36,220 nt of DNA. It comes from a bacterium (GTDB lineage: Bacteria > Zhuqueibacterota > Zhuqueibacteria > Oceanimicrobiales > Oceanimicrobiaceae). The notes below the pieces were generated by a model. That model ran no database searches. It saw only the letters and a list, made by a program, of their open reading frames with translations, and was not told where the DNA came from. The stretch is taken from positions 1 through 36,220 of the forward strand of contig JBHHYI010000022.1 of assembly GCA_046757525.1 (NCBI GenBank), given 5' to 3'. Below are positions 34,372 to 36,220 of this stretch, one piece after another. Made by a program: the position numbers and the translations under genes. Numbering within the stretch: position 1 is the first letter of the stretch; each line of letters begins with the position of its first letter.

Positions 34372-36144
34372 ATGAACCCTGATTCAAGCACGTCATTAAT
34401 AGAAGCGGACCTGATTTTGTTGCACGCACCCAGTGTGTACGACTTCCGCAACCGCGACGATACGCTGTTCGCCTATTTGAGCAGCTCGGACAGCGTCAAT
34501 GTTTCGCCCATTTACGAGATGTACCCTTTGGGTTTTAAGGCGTTAGAGAGTTATTTGAGTCGGCACGGCTTCAAGGTCACCATAATCAACATCGCTGCGC
34601 TCATGCTGCGCTATCCCGACTTGGAGGTGCCGCAACTGCTCGCTTGCCTGCGTGCACGCCTTTTCGGCATCGATTTGCACTGGATGTGCCACGTACAGGG
34701 GAGCCTGGCGTTGGCGGAAGAGGTCAAAGCTTGCCACCCGGAGACGCCCATCATCTTCGGGGGATTTTCCGCCTCTTACTACTGGCAGGAAGTGCTGCGC
34801 TTCCCGCAGGTGGATATGGTCATGCGGGGCTACGACACGCTGGAACCCATGCTGCGTTTGCTGCGCGCGCTCGAGGCTGGCGACGATTTAGATAGTGTGC
34901 CCAACCTGTGCTGGAAGGATCGACTGGCGGGTCTTTGCAGCAATGCGTTCACCCATCTCCCCGATGCCCTGGAACACAGCCCTGACTGGTCGTCTTATGG
35001 TCAGCAAGCCTCTAACGGTGCCTCGACGGATTCTTTGCTAAAAAACTCGCCGTACATTCTGACGCTGCACAGCACGGGATGCTCGCTGGACTGTCCCTGG
35101 TGTGGCGGCTCTCGTGAAGCCATGCGGCGCTTGACCGGCAAACAGGGAAGAACCGTGATTCACAAAGCCCAGCAGGCCATGGTGGACGAAATAGCTTCCT
35201 TGGGAGACGTAAGTGGCTCCGGCATGTACATCTACACCTTGCAGTGGTACAACGAACCACGCCACCGAATCGAACCGTTCCTGCAAGCGGTGAAAAAAGC
35301 CGGCATCGACAAGATTCATTTTGAATTGTATCACCTCTACCCGTTGGATTTGGTGCGCAAAATGTGCCAATATGTTCAGCCTCATCTTCTGCTGGCACCG
35401 GAGTCCCACGACCGCGAGATTAGCCGGTTGGCTGGTCGGGGGCAGTATTCCATGCAGGAAATGGAGCAGTGGATTGAGCAGGTGCTGCAAATTGGCGTGC
35501 CGCAGGTGCAAGTGTGGTTTTTCATCGGCATGCCGCAGCAGACCAGTCAATCGGTGTACGATACCGTGGCCTATTGCGAAGAGCTGATGGCCCGATTCCC
35601 AGGCGGCAAGGTCATTCCGCTGATTTGCCCCATGGTGCCTTTTCTGGACCCGGCTTCTACGCTTTTCGAACAGCCGGAAGAATTTGGTTACCGCGTTTTT
35701 CACCGCACTCTGGAGGAACACCGCCGCGCCATGACCACCTTGACCTGGGAAGAAAGATTGAACTACGAAACCGAGTGGATGAGCCGCCGGGAGATCGTGT
35801 TCACCTCCTACGAAGCTGTGCGGCGACTGGTCAAGGCAAAGGCGGTTTATGGGGTACTCCCTAAATTTGTGACCAACAAAGTAGTGAGCAGAATCGACGA
35901 AACCGTGGCTTTACTGCGGCGCATAAACCGGGCTAATGCATTACCCCACCGCAGCGCGCGCCTTCAGGCACTCGCCAGACTCAAACCTGAGATTCTGGCC
36001 TACAACCAGAAGATTTTTCAGGGCTCTTCAGATCAACTCTTCCCGGTGGACCGCCCATTTGAACAACGCTGGTTCGACGACGTCGACACTGTGGAAAAGC
36101 TGAAGGCCGTAATTCAAAGGCCAAAGATTCGATTGGCGGGTTGA
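34372..36144 (+). CDS. B12-binding domain / radical SAM protein (resembles the TIGR04190 family)
   Basis: GAGGAGG RBS before ATG 34372. DLILLHAPSVYDFR N-terminus, GIDLHW and FGGFSAS (B12-binding region), CSLDCPWC (CxxxCxxC), and APES. Confidence 0.9.
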   Translation: MNPDSSTSLIEADLILLHAPSVYDFRNRDDTLFAYLSSSDSVNVSPIYEMYPLGFKALESYLSRHGFKVTIINIAALMLRYPDLEVPQLLACLRARLFGIDLHWMCHVQGSLALAEEVKACHPETPIIFGGFSASYYWQEVLRFPQVDMVMRGYDTLEPMLRLLRALEAGDDLDSVPNLCWKDRLAGLCSNAFTHLPDALEHSPDWSSYGQQASNGASTDSLLKNSPYILTLHSTGCSLDCPWCGGSREAMRRLTGKQGRTVIHKAQQAMVDEIASLGDVSGSGMYIYTLQWYNEPRHRIEPFLQAVKKAGIDKIHFELYHLYPLDLVRKMCQYVQPHLLLAPESHDREISRLAGRGQYSMQEMEQWIEQVLQIGVPQVQVWFFIGMPQQTSQSVYDTVAYCEELMARFPGGKVIPLICPMVPFLDPASTLFEQPEEFGYRVFHRTLEEHRRAMTTLTWEERLNYETEWMSRREIVFTSYEAVRRLVKAKAVYGVLPKFVTNKVVSRIDETVALLRRINRANALPHRSARLQALARLKPEILAYNQKIFQGSSDQLFPVDRPFEQRWFDDVDTVEKLKAVIQRPKIRLAG

Positions 36145-36197
36145 GCCGGCCGTAGCCGGGGAACGGATAGTCGTTAAAGACTTCCCCAGGAGCTCAC

Positions 36198-36220
36198 GCA
36201 ATCCGGTGCAACCGGATTGC
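36198..36220. repeat. Perfect 10-bp hairpin at the window edge (terminator or REP arm)
   Basis: GCAATCCGGT-GCA-ACCGGATTGC. The downstream context lies outside the window. Confidence 0.55.

Overview
Bacterial DNA with all 26 credible genes on the + strand. The FlgD/T9SS-type-A-like C-terminal tails suggest an FCB-related lineage such as KSB1 or Calditrichota (inference). Positions 183-3813 encode two secreted acidic proteins that appear to share one lamin-tail (LTD) domain split between them. From 4129 to the window end lies a co-directional Wzx/Wzy-type surface-polysaccharide locus: flippase, Wzy/O-antigen-ligase-like protein, four glycosyltransferases, a polysaccharide deacetylase and an SGNH/AlgJ-like protein. 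Its tailoring set is unusually rich: three Thr-nucleophile sulfatase-fold enzymes, two SAM methyltransferases, a stand-alone carrier protein, a flavin-dependent halogenase-like enzyme, an LpxL-type acyltransferase and a B12/radical-SAM enzyme. These are interleaved with two trios of secreted paralogs (beta-helix and SGNH-like). Several spacers carry REP- or MITE-like palindromes. The best novelty candidates are a carrier-protein-based halogenation/acylation pathway decorating a surface glycan, and the split LTD pair. No rRNA, tRNA, CRISPR array or transposase was seen. All family calls come from reading motifs by eye, not from database searches.
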